Source of the DNA: Raillietiella orientalis
Taxonomy: Eukaryota
Direction: 5' to 3'
Length of the DNA: 64,000 nt
NCBI GenBank assembly: GCA_036172245.1
Contig: JAYWIR010000021.1
Span: forward strand, 3,286,001-3,350,000
The stretch's first letter is position 1, and the number at the start of each line of letters is the position of its first letter. The notes under the pieces are model-generated. The model did no database searches, was not told where the DNA came from, and saw nothing but the letters and a program-made list of their open reading frames with translations. Positions 1-13,615 of the stretch are shown piece by piece. Made by a program: the position numbers and the translations under genes.

Positions 1-3000
1 GTTCCTTTCAGAGAAGGAAGAATAGAGCGTACCCCTCTGGAGAGAATAAGGAAGGAGATTCCCTTCTGGATTTCCCTTCGGAGACAACCAGGATGGAGGT
101 GATCTCCATTTCCGGGGACCCCTCCTCAGGCGTGAGAGGAACGGACTTCGTGGATTCATAGAGGGCACCCCCTATCTTGAAAAGTTTTTACCATGTGTGT
201 GTGTGTGCTTGTTTTTTTTTCTCCAAACAACAACAACAAAGGGAAGTGTACATCAGTGAATCTTCCATTTGCCCAGTTACTTGATTCAATGCAAGGAAAA
301 AAAAATAAAGTTTCCTCCTGCAGGATGAAGATTGGCCTTAACGTGATTCCCAATCTGCCTTAATTTTCTTAGAGCACTACACCTTTATAGTGACTTGCAA
401 TGAAATCTGTGAGGGTGGCTGAAATTTGCGGGAATATGAAGGAAGACACCGACGTGTAAGAACTGATGGTTCCGTGCCACACCGTCAGCCGGCTAGTCGT
501 CTCAATACATGAGTCCGAACCGCTCATCTGTTTATGTCGAATCCGCTGATTGAGTTCGTTTACGATATGATAAGCTCATCGTGCGTGGCAGCGTTTTTCA
601 GCTACGAACTCATTCTCCTCTACCACTCTGGGTTACCTCTGTTCCATGTGGAAACTACGAGTTGATTAATTTTCTGACGATGAACACTTTGCATCTACAA
701 GTTCCTCTTCCGATGTCGTGAGTCTGGTTCCTGCTTAATTTCGAGGAATGGAAAAGTTCAAGCTATAATTTTAGGGTCTCAATGCAGTTGGTGGTGGTCA
801 AAGACCTTAATCAGTAGCGTGAGATAATTTTAAAAGTGAGGTGGTGAGGGGTTGATTTCAGGGGTGAGTTAACTTGGTGTCAGCATCGTGAACTCTACTT
901 TTCGATATTCATCAGGAGAAGATACGAACTGACCTGAGAGAACATTCCAGCGTACTCTCCTTTGTTTTAAAAAATCGAGCTGTTTTTTGAACGCAAAGAA
1001 ATAAACTTCTGTCGACGCAGAAGACATCATGCTTGCCGTTTATTGAATCCGTAATGCTGAGTGCCAGGGGGAGCTCTGTAAGAAGGGTAATTTCCGGTTC
1101 CCTGGTTTTTTGGGGGAAATTCCGCTTCGTATTTCCGAATACGCGAAGGACCTTTTCCTAGACTGTTGTCACATTCGTCGCTATGGAAACGGGAAGGTGG
1201 CCATCTTTCTTGCTTTTGTATGGACTGAGGTGTCATGTTTTGCAGCCTCGGGATACAAGGAATCACAGTCGAGTGGTTTTCAAGGCACGGGAGATCTTGT
1301 CTCAGGGAAACCGTGGGAAGGATCGCGCCATCTGCGTTCTCGCTATTGTCTTCATTCTGGAAAAAAAGAGAAAAAGGGGTGGGGAGGGGGGAAGAGGGAA
1401 AAAAAACACAGTCCAGAGGAACACAGACATTTACGGAAAAGTGATGGACTCGTGAGCGGTTCTTATCCTCTGGGAACGCCAGGAATGACTTCGCGTGGTC
1501 CCTACCAGTAACCAATTCTCCCTTGCGTCGCAGTCTTCCGCTTTTCGATACCGACAGAACCTTCCTGGACGTCAGGTTTGCCAAGCTGTTCTGCAACGAA
1601 GGGGACACGAAGATGGGAAATCTCTTAGAGAGGCAGGAACCCTCCGTCTATGGCCTCCAGACGTTCTGGTCACCGGAGGATATTGTCCCTTTCCCCTCCC
1701 ACGCGGCAGTTGAGGATGCAGCGAGTCTTCCGCTCGTATGCAGAGGCAGCATCTCCAGAGGCGTTCTTCTAAGAGAATGCCGCTGCCTAGGTGATAGGGA
1801 TCTCTTGCAAGGAACGATGAGCTCGTAGCTATCTTCCTGAGCTTGTCCCGAGCAATCATGACAAGTAGTGATGGCTTTACGGATGACAACAATAGTGGGA
1901 TGACCTCCAACAGCTGACGTCACATGCACCGCACAATAACTCCGAAGCTTCCGAGTGCCACCCTCGACTGCACTAGAGTGATCGATGACGTGTTTTTCGA
2001 CTCCGTTGCCCGAGGGTCACGTCCAGGTACCCTCCCCGACTGGTATCTGTGGCTCTGAGAAGACGTAAAGACGGACCAGTGGGCTTGGCTTCCTGGAGGA
2101 AGGCTCGAGGATGCCGACCCGGAAGAGAAAACCTTCGTCTCTGGCATGCGAGGAGGCCGTGGGTACAGGAGCCGTGGGTTCGCGGGCGATGGATCGTGTT
2201 CCCGAGATCAGTGGACTGGGAGGGAAGAGGATAGGGCAAGAGAGCTCGTTCCCCGCTCTTCCATTTGCCGGGGGTCTCGAGCATCGGAAGATCCGTCTTC
2301 GGCTGCTGTCTGGATGCCTTCCGGCCTTTTGCCCTTCGCAGGAAAGGGAAGGGGGCAAAGTCCTGGTTTGCCTGTCTTCATTTTCGGCAACTGCGCCCGT
2401 CAGAGTGGGGTGGATAGTCGCTGACCTCGGCGGCAAGAAGGCGGTTCTTCACGAGCAACAGGATCAGGGAGAAACGTGTTTGGCGCTGCTTAGGGATCTG
2501 GCAACACTGCCGTCGTCCCTGTTCTCTCCCCGAGCGACTCAGGAATTCGTGCACAGTCCGGGAATCGAGGTCCTCCTGGTCGACAGATATGAGAAGGCAA
2601 GGGATCACGGAAGGCGATCCGTCCATTTCTGATCATGAACACGGAGGGCGAATCGTGCATTCCTGATCTCGACCGCGGAAGGCGACTCCTCACCTCTTCC
2701 GGGAGCTGAGAGAACCGATCCTGTTTTCCTCAGGGAGGCGGGCAGAGGGCGTAGCGCCAGGAAGAAGGCAAGCGGTTCGGACATCCCCCTCCCACTTATC
2801 CTCCCCGGGATTATTCCATGCTCAGCACGAACGCGGATCGGCCGTGATCTCAGGGAGATACGGGAAAAGAGGCGGAAGGGTGGAGGAGATAGAAAAAGAT
2901 GGAGGGGCAGACTCGACCCTAAGTCCTCCTCCGCCCACCTCTTCTCTCCAGACACTTCCACAGGAGGCGAGAGAGGAGTCACGGGCCGGAGGAAGGGAGG

Positions 3001-6000
3001 AACCTTTTACAGAAGGAGAGACGGAAGAAAAAATGGGGAGGCAGCACCTCGGGAGTGGCTTGGGCTACCGACAGGCGCGACATCTTTCTCCTGAAAGCAT
3101 TCCGGCAGGGATGGGGGAGGAGATGGGGAGAAAGGTGTCTTCGGAGGACCGTGACCTCTGCCCACAGGCAGATGGCAGCTTCCCCATCCCCTGGGGAGAG
3201 CACCCGACAAGCCCATCGTAGGGGGTGGAAATTCCCGAGGAAAGTGTCCTCTGGAGCGAAGGCGCCGCGCAAAATCCAGGCTCTTCCCTCTGCTCCATAC
3301 AGCGAGGGCAGAGGGCAGAAGCAGCGTAAGGACGCGGCCATGAATGCCGGGGGGCGAGGAAAGATCCTCTCCCCTGCTCCTTTCCCCTCAAGGAACAATA
3401 ACGATCCGAGGACCCCCGTTCTTTGAGGAAGGAGGAGGGAGGAGAGTCCATCCTCGGGACCGAGCAGAACCTTGGGAGTCACGTGCTCCCGGAGCCCCTG
3501 CGCCCTTCCTCTCTGCCTCCTTTCCCTCTCGAGAAGACGAGCGCACCATGGGCTCCTCGCATCCCCCATCCCCCTGCTCCTCTTCTTCTCCTTCCTGACC
3601 GGATCCGCGGGATGCCAAGTGCCGCGGAAGTGGAAGAGTAGGACCGCGCATCCGGGAGTGCGAGACCTGCTTTGCCTGTGGGACGGCGACCCGCGATCTG
3701 CGGGAGGGAGAACGCCCGGAAGCGACGCGGGGGATGGGGCCAGGGGTGCGCACGCGCATTCGAAAAGGGGAAAGGAGGAAAGAAGGAAAAGAGGAAGACT
3801 CTGGGAACCATGAGGGTGAAAAAGTCGAGCGGGCGCCAGCGCCCGAGGAGATCCCTGTGCAGAAGGCAGGGAGTCGCGTGCCCTAAGCGCAAAGGGGACC
3901 AGATTACGAGTTTTTGTTTTGGGGGGGGGGGATGGGGGGATGAAAAGGGATGAGAGGAAGGAAACAGGGCGTGGGGAGTGGAGATGATTTACCTTTACAC
4001 CGCGCCTCCGTCCTTCGGCCTTGGGGGGCCATACCACCAGACGACCTGGATGGATGAGAAGGAGGGGAGTTGATGAGTCGAATGCGACAGAGATGGCGGG
4101 ATAGGCGCGGCCTCTATCCAGCTTCCCTTTCCCTCTCTCTCTTTCGCACTCCAGATTACCTAGGAAACAAGCGCTCCTGCATGCCCCCGCCTCCACCCCA
4201 CCCCACCTGCGCATCTTCCTATTTACGGAGGGGGATCAGCCGAAAAAATAGGTAATCAGAAGCCGCTCCCTGCAACCTGGGGCCGCACTTGACAGGGGGC
4301 GGAGGGGCTAACTGAGCGGTGGCTGGCTCCTCCTTCCCCCGCGAGGCTAGACCGCGCGGTTTATGGAAGTGGCCGTTCCTCGGCCTCGTCCCGGATGAGG
4401 ACTACGAGGAAGAGAGCGAAGGCAGGGACAGCGGGGGCTGCGGAGGCGGGGCAGAAAGAAGGGAGTATCCGCCGTTCTCGCCCTCCCCCCCCTCCCTGCG
4501 GCGTCCCTTCCGCTCCCTGAACTCGTGCAGAGATTGCCAGGAGTCAAAAGCGTTCCTCTCCGGGAAGGGACTTAGGAACGCTAAGAGCGACTGCTCCTGC
4601 GCCTGGACCTTCCCGGGGAGCTATGACCAGGCGAACCTCTCCCTTCAGGGGCACTCAGAAAGTGTTCCGGTCGAACGCGACCGGTTCTCCTGCAAGAAAA
4701 AAAAAAAGAGAAACCGACCGGGAGAGAAGGGAAGAGGGGGGAAGATGCGACTGAATAGAGACTGAGGAGTCCTCGCGGACAGCGCGAGAGGCTCCTCCTG
4801 CTGTCTTTCACCCCCACCCCCACCGCCCTCACCCTGCTGCTGTTGCTGCAGCACCGGTGGCAGCCGGCGAACCCGAAGCGAATGTTCAGAGCGGTACCTG
4901 AGGTCTCTGCAACTCTCCTGTAGAAGGAAGGGGACTGCTTCTCCCACTCCCCGGGCTGGTGGGAGGACCAGTTAGGGTGGTGGCCGGCGTGCTGCCGGCT
5001 GCTGCCGCACCCGAGAGCTCCCGAAGCCTCTTCTTCCTGGATCATCCTCCACGCGCCGCTCTTGTTCAGGTCCAGGCGCTTCCCGAGGGAATCCTCGGCG
5101 CCCGGGAGGCGTTCCTCGGTTCCAGTTTGCATCGCAGGTAGTCCCAGGGGAGGATCCGGCGGATGGGGGGGGGGGGGGAAGGGGGGGTATAGAGGGAAAA
5201 GGAAAAAAAAACCCTCGGGAACGAACGAATGAGGAACGCGACTGGGCCACGCCAACTGAGCACCTGCCGTCACGGCAACAGAGAGCGTCCGCCTGCTTGC
5301 CTTCCCGGAGGGACGGTTTGCATCGCCAGTGACTTGCGGGTGAAGGGAGGTTGGTTTCCGGGAGCCTCCCGGAGGGAACGGGGACCACTCCGGCGACGGG
5401 GCGAGCAGACGAAGGCGGAGTCCTCGACTCACTGAGGAAGGAGGGCTGGAGGAAAAGGCGAGGGCGAAAGGGGAAGACAGGAGGCGACCCGGGTGAGGAT
5501 CGACCTACATCCCGTGGAGCAATCCGCCGCGGAATGCTGAGAGCAGCGCAGGGCTGACAGCTTCACAACAACTCCAAAATTAGGTTACTCCGGAAAAGAT
5601 GTGGAACAAAACAGAGCGTTCTAAAAATAGGACATCAGAAATAAACCTTCTGATCCCATCGCCGCCGGTGGGAGTAGATTTTTTTTTTTTTTTTGCGGTC
5701 TAGGGAGTGGGGGCGAAAGGAAGGAAGGGGGGGGGGCACGCTCGCGAGCGCTGCTTCTCCTCCTCTGGGACCCTATCGGAAGAAGGAAGGGGTGGGCGGG
5801 GGGGGGGGGGGGGAAGAGGATTTTCTCGAGCAGTGTGCCTGGCGCGGCCCGTACGGCAGGAAAGAGCAAAATGCGGCTGCGACCCGCGGGATAGCTCGCA
5901 TCTCTTGCGAGGCTCCGCTGCGAAGGCAGCGCCGCCTCAATGCAGCGTCGGAAGCCGGCGTGACACTCGGAGAGGAGCGCGGGGACAGCCACTGCACCCT

Positions 6001-8914
6001 CTACACCCGCCAAAAGGGTTCAACAAACAGATGGATGGGGAAAGCGACTGTGATGTCTCCTCCGAACGCAGCGGCGGCCCGAGAGCATCCGCGGAAGATG
6101 CGGCTCATCTTCGTCCCTGGGAGACGTCGTGTCCCGTCCTCAGTCTCCCTACCAGAACACTAGCGGGTCCCGTCCTGACCGGAACGTGGGAGTACCTTTC
6201 CTTCTTCACGCCTCGCAGACCTCCCTGAAAGCACGCGCGCGCTTCTCTCGACTGGGACAGTGCTGGAGATCCGCCGCGGAAATCGCGGCAGAACTCCGGC
6301 GCTGTCCCAGTCTCCTGGGAAGCCTCGCAGGAACGCGCGAGGTTTCCTGCGTCTTCGAGAGGAACCCCTCTATCCCACGCGCAGGCCCTTCTTGAGGAGA
6401 AAGAAGGGTGGGAGAACCACTGGAGTTTTTCCCATCAGGCGGTCGTCCGGGAGAACCATGCGCCTCTTGGAAGTGAAGGGGGGAAGGGGTGGGGGAGAGG
6501 AGTACGAATTTGCGTCTTGCGCCTTCACAAGGTCACGTCGCAGCGAAGACAGCGCGCGAGGCAGCAGGAAATTCGCCAGCATCTTCTCCCCTCCCACCGG
6601 AGATCTCCCTGCGTGGGATCTTTTCTCTTCGAGTCGCATCCATACCGCAGGTTTCTCGTCGTCTTCATCTCTTCTGGACGAGTAGGAGGAGAGGAGGAAG
6701 GGAGGAGGAGAGGACGAGGAGGAGGAGGGAGACGAGGTGCGCCCTGCCGGAGGAATTCCTGTCCAGTACGGGAGACTCTGCCGATCTGAACTGGGAGGAG
6801 GGGAAAAGAGGGAAGATGTTTCGCGGAGCGAGTCCCGTTGGGAAGCCCGTGGAGCTGGGTCGCAGGCATGGACGCGCGAACGGGGAGGCTCAGCCTTCAT
6901 TCCTGTACCCCGCTACACCCACCTTCCGCCTTCGTTCTTCCCGTTTCCCGGATTCGGCAGATGAAGGCGGGGAAAATTTCCTCGCCGAAGGACGAGGAAC
7001 GCCCTCCCCGGAGGACGTATCGCGCATCAGATTCCGTTCAGCTCGTTCCTCTCCCGGCCAACTCCCAGCAGCCGCGCCCTGTCTTTCTCGAGCTCGGGAG
7101 GCGGGCGCGACGAAGGCTTCGCCTGCTTCCGAGTTCTCAGGAAGGGGTGCCTGGGCAGAGAGGGGAATCCACCGCCAATTCCACCGACGTCCACCAATCA
7201 CCGCGTCCTAACAATGCACACCTGAAGCCTGAGCGATCTCAGTGGCATCTTGCGGATGGTCTGGAAACCCACGACACATACAGCTCGGCGTCGATCCTTT
7301 ACGCGAATATTGGACTCCGCAACTCTGGTAGGGCTAGGTGCTGGGCACGGATGCCATGGCCACATAGTTGCCAGCGCGGGAAAATCGAGGGTCTAAATAA
7401 ATTCAGGAGGAGGACGGGGATTAGTCCTTCTGGGACGGAACTCATACTGATCACAAATCACACAATTCATAGCTGGTTCAGGGGAATCGCTGGCAAACTG
7501 CCAGGAATCAGTTGTGGCTGGCAGGAAGCGATCTGTGAACTGACTCAAGAGATGGTTCCTTCTATGACGAGCATATCGTCGAGGTCTCTGGTGCAGCGAC
7601 CGACTCCGCTACCTGACATGACAGAGAGTCCAGCACGAGGTCTGCAATGCATACGGAGGGTGGGAGAGAGCGTGCTCACCCGTCGGTGCTTGATCCACGG
7701 CTGAAGAGTGGTGCGACAGATAGCTGACCTGCAGGGCAAGGCGAGGACAGAGATCCCGAGTGGTCTCTTCTATGGCAGCGGAGCGGCGCGCACCCCCAGG
7801 GTACGGGGGACTCTAACCTTTATCGCGAGAGTCGTGATGAAGATGGTCGGGGTCGTTCGCACCATGGAAAGAATGGCCAAGGGAAGGATGGACCCGTAGA
7901 GGAGGTCTTGCACTCGCAACTGCGGGAAGGTGCCCTCCTGGACGTTCAGGTGAATTCTGCAAAATCTGCAGCGTGGCCAGATGGGGGTAAGGCTGCTCCA
8001 CTATCAGCCCCTCCTTTCGCGAGCCTATCGGAGAGAGAGCAGCGTTGGAGTGCGACCGTCAGTGCGGACTGCCGGGGAGTTTCTGAACAGGCTCTGTGAT
8101 TGCTTTGTTCTTGTAAAAATTGATTCAGTCTTCTGAACTCGCCTTACCTGAGGAAGAATCGCCGCGGTCTCTGACCATCTAGGCAATTCGTGGAGGGCCC
8201 CCTCCCAGGAATGGGAAATGACTTTTGTGCTTGCTCTAGTCGTAGGATTCTTGATTGACCCAGAGTAGGAGGTCTGTGGAGACAAACAGCTCTTCCGAGC
8301 CAAGGAACCCGAGGACAGAACGCGTTACTTGCGTGCAGCCGACCAATCTGTAGCGGAGCGAATCGATTAGAGGATGAGACAGGCAGGAAGGCAGGAAGGA
8401 AACAATGTGACACGTCTGGCCAAGAAGAGATTGTACCATCTTTCGTGATTACTCGGGCTCTTTGCCGAAGTAGACGAGTCAGGTCAGTTCGGCACACCTC
8501 AAGACAAGTTCGCCCCAACCTTCACCCAGATGGAGGGGTGCAAGCTATGATACCGCCTTTAGGAGGACATGGAGCTGTGTTGGCAATGCTACCTGACCAT
8601 GGCAGCGACTGCAAACAAGAACGTGCTTATTAAAGACAGGATAACGACGAAAGTTGATCGAACTTGGGACAGAAGACTCGGAGGGATAGCAGAGGGCTAC
8701 AGTGGTCCTCCGATTGCATACTGGTGCATGTAAGTAACGGGGAGACAGGAAAGAGAAGAGGCAGTGGACGGTTCATTCTTGAGAATGTCAAGGGGGGCTG
8801 GAGTTACGAACTCCCTATTCCCTCCCAAATTCGCTGGGGCGCTCATTAGAAATAAAGACAAACTCACAAACTGTGGTGAGTGGGACACGTTGTCCTACCA
8901 CGCTCAATTTGTCT

Positions 8915-9530
8915 ATGGACCTGCTGGGGTGCTCCGTCATCAAACCAGCGAGGTTCACGTCTGCAGTGGAGGGGAGCGAGAAATCAGAAGGAAAACAAAA
9001 AGAAATATGAAATGAAAACAAACAAAAAAAAAAACTGGAAGGCCGAGAAAGGATCGCTGCCCTCTGGAAGGAGTCATCTGCACCCTTTCGAGAATGCCGT
9101 CTATGTCGGTCCCGATTAAACCCAAGTGGGGCTGTCATGCTGCTATCCACAGAAAGAGAAATGCACGCTCGATGGCGTCCCTCTCTTATGGTCCTTCTTC
9201 TGCATCGCTCCAGGCTATCACGATCTCCCGGATGCAGCAAGGAGCTGCTAGTGCTGTGGCTTACGATAGGGCATCCCAAGTGAAGAAAAGTTTTACAACT
9301 TCCCTGGGGCTGCCAATCGAGCCCGTAGGGTCGTGGCAGAACGTTTTCATGAGGGTCAGAGAGCAACACGGTTCACACGCAAGTGCGGGAGGGACTCGTT
9401 CCGCCCAGCACCTGCGACAGTTTAGGCTCTCATTCCCCTGTTTCCAGTGGCGAAGGCGAGAGTTACAGGGAGCACCCCAGTGCAGCAGCACTGGGGTGCC
9501 GAATCCTGCTACGTCAGTGGATTGACACCC
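8915..9530 (-). mobile_element. Family A L1/Tx1-like non-LTR retrotransposon, 3' fragment (ORF2 C-terminus plus 3' UTR), degraded
   Basis: Translation 'LLHWGAPCNSRLRHWKQG...CRRCWAERVPPAL' matches the C-terminal Cys/His region of the other copies (e.g. 44015-44650 'LLHWGLPCNARRFHWTRG...CARCGERESLSHL'). It is followed by GATCCTTTC, a T-rich tract and a variant 3'-UTR stem module at 8921-8966. Confidence 0.75.
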
Positions 9531-9534
9531 AGAC

Positions 9535-10430
9535 ACGCGGGTCCAAGTTTTATTAACGATAAAACTTGGACATCAGTGGCAAGATGCGTGATCCTACCAC
9601 GTTAAAAAATGTACAGAAAGAACCTGCCGAGAACGGGTGCGTAGGCCGGCGAGGTTCGCCGCGGCAGCAAAGAGGAAGGGAAGACAAACAAAAAGGAAAA
9701 TAAAACAAAAAAAATACAAAAAATTGCAGGGGAGGCTGAGAAGGGATCATTGTGTGCTGACGGGTGTCCTATGGATCCTTGTAAGGATATCGGCAAGTTC
9801 CTGTTTCAAGGCTCCCAGATACGGCCATCTTGACGCTATCCCCATGAAGAGGACAGCACAGTAGATGGCGTCTTTGTCATCCTGGCCTTCTCTGGAGTAG
9901 CCCCATGCAGCCACGATCCCGCGTAGGCAGCAAAGTGCTGCTTGGGGTGAGGTTGGCGTGAGGGCTTCGAGAGAGAATAGGTGCTTGAAAACGTTTCTGG
10001 GGATGCCCTCGGGGATCCGCAGAGACGCGACGAAGCGCTCCCACATGGGGCGGAGGGCAGCATACTCCATGAATAGGTGGGGAGGAACTCTCTCTCGCCA
10101 CACCTGCTGCAGCTTGGGCTCGCCTCTACCCCCGGGTCCAATGGTGGTGGACGTTGCACGGGAGACCCCAGTGCAGCAGCAGAAGTGCCGACTCCTGTCA
10201 CGTCGTTGAGAGGGTGCTGTTGTCCATGAATTCTAGAGGGGGGGGGAGGGGCACTTGAGGTCTTCGCCGACAATACCATGCAGCTCGCCCCACAGTGCAA
10301 GTTCACATAGAAGCTTGGGATCGCAGCATCGGACAGCTGCCTCATGGCCCAATCACTCGCTTTCTTCCTGCTGACTGCGTTCTCGCAGGAGACTTCCTCC
10401 TTCACCAGTTGGATGCTGCCACTAGCCATC
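9535..10430 (-). mobile_element. Family A non-LTR retrotransposon, 3' fragment with complete 3' UTR
   Basis: ORFs 9836-10429 and 9747-10103 ('CSRCGEREF/PPHLFMEYAALRPMWERF...ALCCLRGIVAAW') are homologous to 44015-44650. The 3' UTR has TGATCCCTTC, a T tract, the CTGCCG...CGGCAG module (9624-9667) and AATAAA (9549-9554). Confidence 0.8.
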
Positions 10431-12729
10431 CTTAGGGAGGGCGGCGCTGCGGCGGGGGGAGTGGGTGGATGCCCTCCGCCGCGAGCCCATGGTGGGAGTC
10501 TCTACGATCTTCCGTAGCCAGCAGCGGGTGCACACGTCTACAGTCCCACCTCTCCGAGCCGGGGTCCTTCAACTTCGCGCGCGTGCCATCAGTTTCGGAC
10601 TTGCTTTCGAGGATTTCGGTGTTTTCATAGTCCGGTTACCACTCAGAAAGTCACCGGAGAAGGTAGATAACAGTTGCTTAACCTGCTTAGTTCCCGTCAC
10701 ATTGGTTCACTGCTGGTTATTGGGCAAAGTTTTCAACTAGCAGTAATTACGCCTCCGCAAATATCCTCTGCTATACTATTGCCCGTGAGCAAACCTTGGT
10801 TCTCTGCTGCGGATTATCCACTAGCGCAAAGGCAGGGAATCTCTTGAGTCGAACACTTCTTAGCAGCCTGCATTGCAGTCTTCTTGAAATCCTTTACATT
10901 TCCCAACCGTCCAAAAGTCTCATTGGTCTTCGCGGACTGCTCAACAGGAAAGTAGCAGCACTGTTTTGGGCAGTCACGGAAACAGCATCATATTGTACTT
11001 GTGTAGATACATAAGTAGGAAAAAAACTTGCTGAGATTACTTCGGATCACCTTGAGAACTTTTGCCACTCTTGGTTGCCTTCGAAGTCCTAGGACATAGG
11101 TCTAGGCTAGGGGAAAGAAGTAAGCTACACAACTCATCTTCGGAGCATGAGAGTTGCTGTGTCAGGTCTCCTGGCAGCGCTCGGAAAGCGTATTAATGCT
11201 CTATAAAAGTAGTAATAGGTTTTGGAGACTCCTCATCAAGTTGTAATGGATGGGAGCTTAGAAGCTTGACCTGGAGCAGGAACTGCTTGAGAAACCTCAG
11301 CGCCGGAGGTCTCATTGTTTATATCAGAGAGGAGAACTTGCTTGCAGTCTTTGATTTCTTCAAAAATTTCCAGATGCGAGCCACTAACTACATGTGCAGC
11401 CCTTCTGTCAGCTCTAAAAAAGTTTACACGATTCAAGCTCGGGCTGAAAGTAAGACATACACATTGGAGACTGCTAGGAGGACTGGGGAGCGGGACAGAG
11501 TTACCATGATATACGTGGACTCCCCAAAGATCTTCCACCACGGATTTGTGACACTTGGAACAGGAACTCTTGACACTTCTCGACCTTGTGCAACGATTTT
11601 ATTTATGCCCAGGGGGATGCCTAGCCATGTCTAGACTTCAAGGCTCTGTACATGTCTAGACGCGAAGGAGGTCGTCGCGAGCACGTACTATAGTCGATAC
11701 ATACAGCATGAAGTCATGACTTGCAATAATTTTGGAGTATACACTCGTGCGGACAAAGGATGTTTACATTCAAAGAAACTTCAAACGACATGTATACAGC
11801 GAAAAATACCGGCAAAACAGGGCGGAATTCACCGCGAAAGGGTATGCCACCACGAATGTTTAGCCGTGAAAGAAGGCACGCTGTAAACAAGCAGTTCCTG
11901 TGGCTACGAGGGGTTTTCGTCAAGTAAACTACATAATCAATAAAAAAAAAAGGACAGCAATTAATCAGCAAACATAGGATGAAAAGCTGGAACTATTAAG
12001 ATTAAAGAAACAGCATCTTAGCTCAACTATAACGGCTCATATTCTGTAATTATATCTGTAAGTAATTATTTTGCACATAATTTTATCAGCAAACATCCAC
12101 TCTTGGTCGCCTTTCGGAGACGAGGAGCCGAAGCTGCCGAGGTGGCTTCGAAGCGGCGAGGGACATCCACAGTGATAACTCGCACTTCTTTTTGCACCTG
12201 ATCCGAGTAGGGAGCCGACTGGTTGCGGTCCTCCCAGGATTCCAGATCCCAGCTCTTCTGGCAGTCTTTCGGATACGACGAGGCAGCTGCCTGCCGCTCT
12301 CATCCCGTCGTGCCTCAGAGAGATCAGAGGTTGGCTCGGATGCAGTGATGCACGATGTTTGAGAACAGTTCTTCGCACAACACATCCTTCATATCTGCGT
12401 CGTTTCTGGTGGGCACCGCTCGTGCGCTCATGAAGCAGTAGGGTAGTCCTACGTTCTGTCCACTGAAGACATCCGTGATGCAGCCCTACACACGACATTA
12501 CCGTCCCTCTAGCGAGGTGAGCATTTTTTTTTTTTATCAGGACAGCCAAGAGAGATATTTTCCAGTTCAATGTTGTCGGCATAAATAAGGAATGAGGGTA
12601 CACGAAAAGGTTAAGTGTTGCTTTTCATTCGGATTTGTCGGAACATTCATTATAAAAATAATAAATTTAGGTTTCTAACGTGCAGAACACTTGGTTTAAT
12701 CACGTACAGAAACAACCACATTTCATCCC

Positions 12730-13615
12730 CACCTGCCACTCGGGATCCCATGCGGCCACATGGGGTTTGGGCAAAAACAGAACGAAAATAAAGAAACAAA
12801 CGTTTATTGAGGGATCGGGGCATCGTTCATCCCCTGGAGGATGCTGGCAAGTTGGCATTTGCCTTTTCCCACGTGCGGTCCATCTCGCGGCGATCCTCAA
12901 GAAGAGTTCCGACCCATGGATGGCACCTCCTTCGTGTTGGTCCCTTCTAGTGACGTTCCATGCCACCATGTCCCTCGCATGTGGCAAAGAGTTGCTACGC
13001 ACGCAGCTCTTGGCAGTGCTTCACGCACGAAGAGGAGCTTGGAAAGGTCTCTGGGATGGCTCCCTGAGATCCGAAGGGCCGTTGCAAAACGTTTGCAGAG
13101 GGGTCGGAGGGCAGCACAGTCAAGGAGCAGGTGCGGAAGGGTGTCCCCCTTCCCCGCACCTGCCTCACGCCGCACCAACACTCCCCAGAGTCCAGTGTCG
13201 GAGGCGCGCTTTGCATGGGGTTCCCCCGATGCAGCAGCCGCAAAGCAGCAACGCCGGTTGCTGACACTTCAGGCAAAGGGTATGGTTGTCTTGCAGCACT
13301 GGAGGCCACATCAGGGATTCTCGGGAAATGCCCAGCAGCTTGCCCCGGCGGAGAAGTGCTTTGGGTGGGAAGTCGGGGTCGCAGCGTCCTCCAGTTTCCG
13401 AGTTGTCCCCACTCCCAGAAGTTTCATTCATACTGCAACGCAACACGGACCTCCCACCTCGCTGAAAGGTCGCTGTCCTCTTCTTTCTTTAGGGAGGGCA
13501 GCACTTGGACAAGGTGGGTAGACGGAGTCCACTGCATCTTGCGCGAGTTGGCCACGATCTCCTGCAAAGACTGGCGAGTGTCTCTGCCTCGTCGCAGACA
13601 GGCGCCAGCAGTAGA
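12730..13615 (-). mobile_element. Family A non-LTR retrotransposon, 3' fragment (ORF2 post-RT region)
   Basis: 'EEDSDLSARWEVR', 'TLPHLLLDCAALRPLCKRF' and 'ATLCHMRG' align with ORFs 41875-43335 and 44015-44650. Several frameshifts. Confidence 0.8.

Noticed and set aside
896..916. CTGATGA-ATATC-GAAA hammerhead-like core (minus)
   Set aside because: Stem II cannot close (A-C) and no stem I pairing.
400..960. Possible Penelope GIY-YIG remnant on the minus strand ('EFVAEKRCHAR*AYHIVNELNQRIRHK')
   Set aside because: No YIG motif, only one Cys and no RT motifs nearby; too weak without an HMM search.
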